From an uncultured virus (IMG/VR IMGVR_UViG_3300030520_000004) (lineage: Duplodnaviria; Heunggongvirae; Uroviricota; Caudoviricetes), in IMG/VR virus record IMGVR_UViG_3300030520_000004: DNA of 64,000 nucleotides; one strand, given 5' to 3'. This document shows, piece after piece, positions 62,242-64,000 of this stretch. The notes under the pieces are model-generated. The model was not told the DNA's origin. It did not search any database and was given only the letters and a program-made list of their open reading frames with translations. Every line of letters starts with the position of its first letter. Position 1 is the first letter of the stretch. The position numbers and the translations under genes were made by a program.

Positions 62242-62647
62242 AAGCAAGACCCGCCAGCAGGCCCCGTGGCCGCCAGGAGCACCCCGACCCGGCGACCCGT
62301 CATGGCCCACCGGCGCCATGAACTGGCTCGTAGATCAGGTACCGGCCCTCGACTGGCGGCGCAGTATCCTCGCCGGCCAGCCCTGGATGATGACGATCAT
62401 CGCCGTGGCCGCGATCCGCGCAGATCTGGCCGCCCTGCGCGAGCAGTACCGGCTCACCGCCGGCGCGTGGTGGTCGATGCTGCCGGACCCGACCGCGCGG
62501 GCGCTCCTGGCCGCCACCGGCAGGGAAGGGCAGCGGCTCACGGTGCTGCTGGAGCAGGTGCTGGCGCTGGAGGAAGCCCTGTCGCCGGGGCAAGGGGAGC
62601 GGACCGCGGGGCCGGGGCCGGGTGGGGATGTCAGTGGTACGTCGTAG
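62234..62647 (+). CDS. Hypothetical protein, probably SOS-regulated
   Basis: WPPG.P.PG…W…A..WL.D..P motif; LexA box over the start. Confidence 0.7.
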   Translation: MSESKTRQQAPWPPGAPRPGDPSWPTGAMNWLVDQVPALDWRRSILAGQPWMMTIIAVAAIRADLAALREQYRLTAGAWWSMLPDPTARALLAATGREGQRLTVLLEQVLALEEALSPGQGERTAGPGPGGDVSGTS

Positions 62648-62737
62648 CGTCGTGAGTGCGCACCCCGGCCGACGGCAGTCGCCCCCGGTATCTGCGCGAC
62701 GGCGGCGGTCGGACCGATGCACGGGGACGGCCGCCGC

Positions 62738-63601
62738 TCACTGTTCGATCGTCGTCAGCCAGCGCGGATCAGTCGGCGGCATCACGGTCCGGCCGCAGTC
62801 ATGGCAGGCCCAGACGTTGATCTGCCGTGGCTGCTGCTCCCACTTCCGCCCGCAGTCGAACACGTGCCGCTGCTCGCACACCGGGCAGTACGGGGTGTAG
62901 CAGGCGGGGCAGGCGAGGATCTTCTGGCCGCAGGCGCACCTGGGCAGCATGGCGTCCGGGTTCCCGACAACCGTGCGGTAGGCCGCCAGCTCCCCGCGCT
63001 CCTGCTCGTGGACCTTAAGGATGATGAACTGGTCGATCTGCCGCTCCGTCGGGGGCGGTGATGGGTTGCCCATCTCGCGGAGGATCTCGCGCATCTCGCT
63101 CGGCCGGATGCCCGCTACGGTCGGCACCTCCATCCGCCGCTTCCGCTGCTCCTCCCGGTTCCTGCGCCGCGTCCACGGACCTCCAGGGTCCTCGGTCTCC
63201 AGCTGGCGGCGCACGTCACCGTCAGGGTCGAGTGCGACCGGGTCGAACGCCGGGATCTCACCCAGCCACTCGACGCAGGCGATGTGCGCCCGCCGGACAC
63301 CGAGGCCGACGCCCCAGGCGTACACCGTGCCGTCCCGGTCCTCCATCCCGCAGATCGGGCAGCAGCCGGGCGGGCAGTCCTTGCCGCCGGGGAAGGCGGG
63401 GGTGCGGGGCTCGCGGACTGGCTCAATCGCCCTCGTCAGCCGCCAGCCGACCCACTGCACCGCCGCCACCGGAACCGTCGACACCAGCAGCCAGCCGACG
63501 ACGTGACGCCCCAGCGCGAACAGCACGCAATGCGCCACGACCAGGAGGCTGGCCCAGATCGCGTTGCACAGCCACCAGCGGTGCTTCGTCGTCTTCTTCA
63601 C
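62738..63601 (-). CDS. Membrane-anchored Cys-rich hypothetical protein
   Basis: Two TMs, multiple CxxC motifs. Confidence 0.6.
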   Translation of the reverse strand: MKKTTKHRWWLCNAIWASLLVVAHCVLFALGRHVVGWLLVSTVPVAAVQWVGWRLTRAIEPVREPRTPAFPGGKDCPPGCCPICGMEDRDGTVYAWGVGLGVRRAHIACVEWLGEIPAFDPVALDPDGDVRRQLETEDPGGPWTRRRNREEQRKRRMEVPTVAGIRPSEMREILREMGNPSPPPTERQIDQFIILKVHEQERGELAAYRTVVGNPDAMLPRCACGQKILACPACYTPYCPVCEQRHVFDCGRKWEQQPRQINVWACHDCGRTVMPPTDPRWLTTIEQ

Positions 63602-63984
63602 GTCCCCGCCTCCCAGCCCCACGCCTTGGCGAGCCCCTGCACGGCGCTCGCAAGGGCGTTGAACCTTCCCAGGAAGATCCCGGCGTCCGCCGGGTGCACT
63701 CGGTCCGGGGCGGCCAGCGCCTTGTCGACGTCAGCTTTCGCCTTCGCGTGCTCGGCCAGCACCTCCCGCTCGGCCTCGACCCGGCGCAGGACGGAGGCGG
63801 GGTCGTGCAGGGCGATGTGGCTGGCCTGCTCGCCGGTTGGCGCGCCTTCGTCGTACACCACAGGGTCGCCGTCGCTGTCCTTCACCGCATAGCAGAGCGG
63901 ATGCGGATCGCGCTCCCATTCGTCGCCACCTGCATCCCGCGCCAACTGCTCCGCCCGCTCGTGAGCGGCGAGCAGAAAGGTCAC
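63598..63984 (-). CDS. DUF6221-like protein (start may lie further upstream)
   Basis: HIALHDPASVLRRVEAEREVL. Confidence 0.7.
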   Translation of the reverse strand: MTFLLAAHERAEQLARDAGGDEWERDPHPLCYAVKDSDGDPVVYDEGAPTGEQASHIALHDPASVLRRVEAEREVLAEHAKAKADVDKALAAPDRVHPADAGIFLGRFNALASAVQGLAKAWGWEAGT

Positions 63985-64000
63985 TGCCGGGTGGTCGGTC

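Larger units (their letters stand above)
1..64000. mobile_element. Partial actinobacterial temperate siphophage/prophage, extending beyond both window edges
   Basis: Terminase, portal, protease, capsid, tail tube, chaperone and tape measure in canonical siphovirus order. Divergent repressor/Cro pair next to a replication initiator. Dense small overlapping ORFs and no host housekeeping genes. Confidence 0.95.

Overview
The whole 64 kb window is one partial, high-GC actinobacterial temperate siphophage or prophage. A Streptomycetaceae host is inferred from gene content. No integrase, lysin, att site or host genes are visible, so the element continues beyond both edges. (1) 1-21 kb, minus strand: morphogenesis operon with small and large terminase, a portal-NUDIX-MuF fusion, XkdF-like protease, scaffold-like protein, major capsid, an inserted double-HNH endonuclease, an inverted RHH two-gene cassette, head-tail proteins, tail tube, tail chaperones and the start of the tape measure. 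It is preceded by a 1123-aa collagen/polysaccharide-deacetylase protein. (2) 21-32 kb: small accessory genes and the most striking locus, a Ro60/Rsr (TROVE-vWA) gene directly preceded by three tandem Y-RNA-like genes. One is a circularly permuted tRNA mimic, and a terminator-like hairpin overlaps the Ro ribosome-binding site. (3) 32-39 kb: a Streptomyces plasmid-type TraB/Spd-like transfer module with an Mrr-like nuclease. (4) 39-47 kb: regulators, a repressor/Cro-like switch and a replication initiator with internal iterons. (5) 47-64 kb: many small early genes, including HD hydrolase, PP2C-like and DUF6221-like paralogues, a nucleotidyltransferase remnant and a LexA-box gene. All product calls come from motif recognition and synteny, not database searches.
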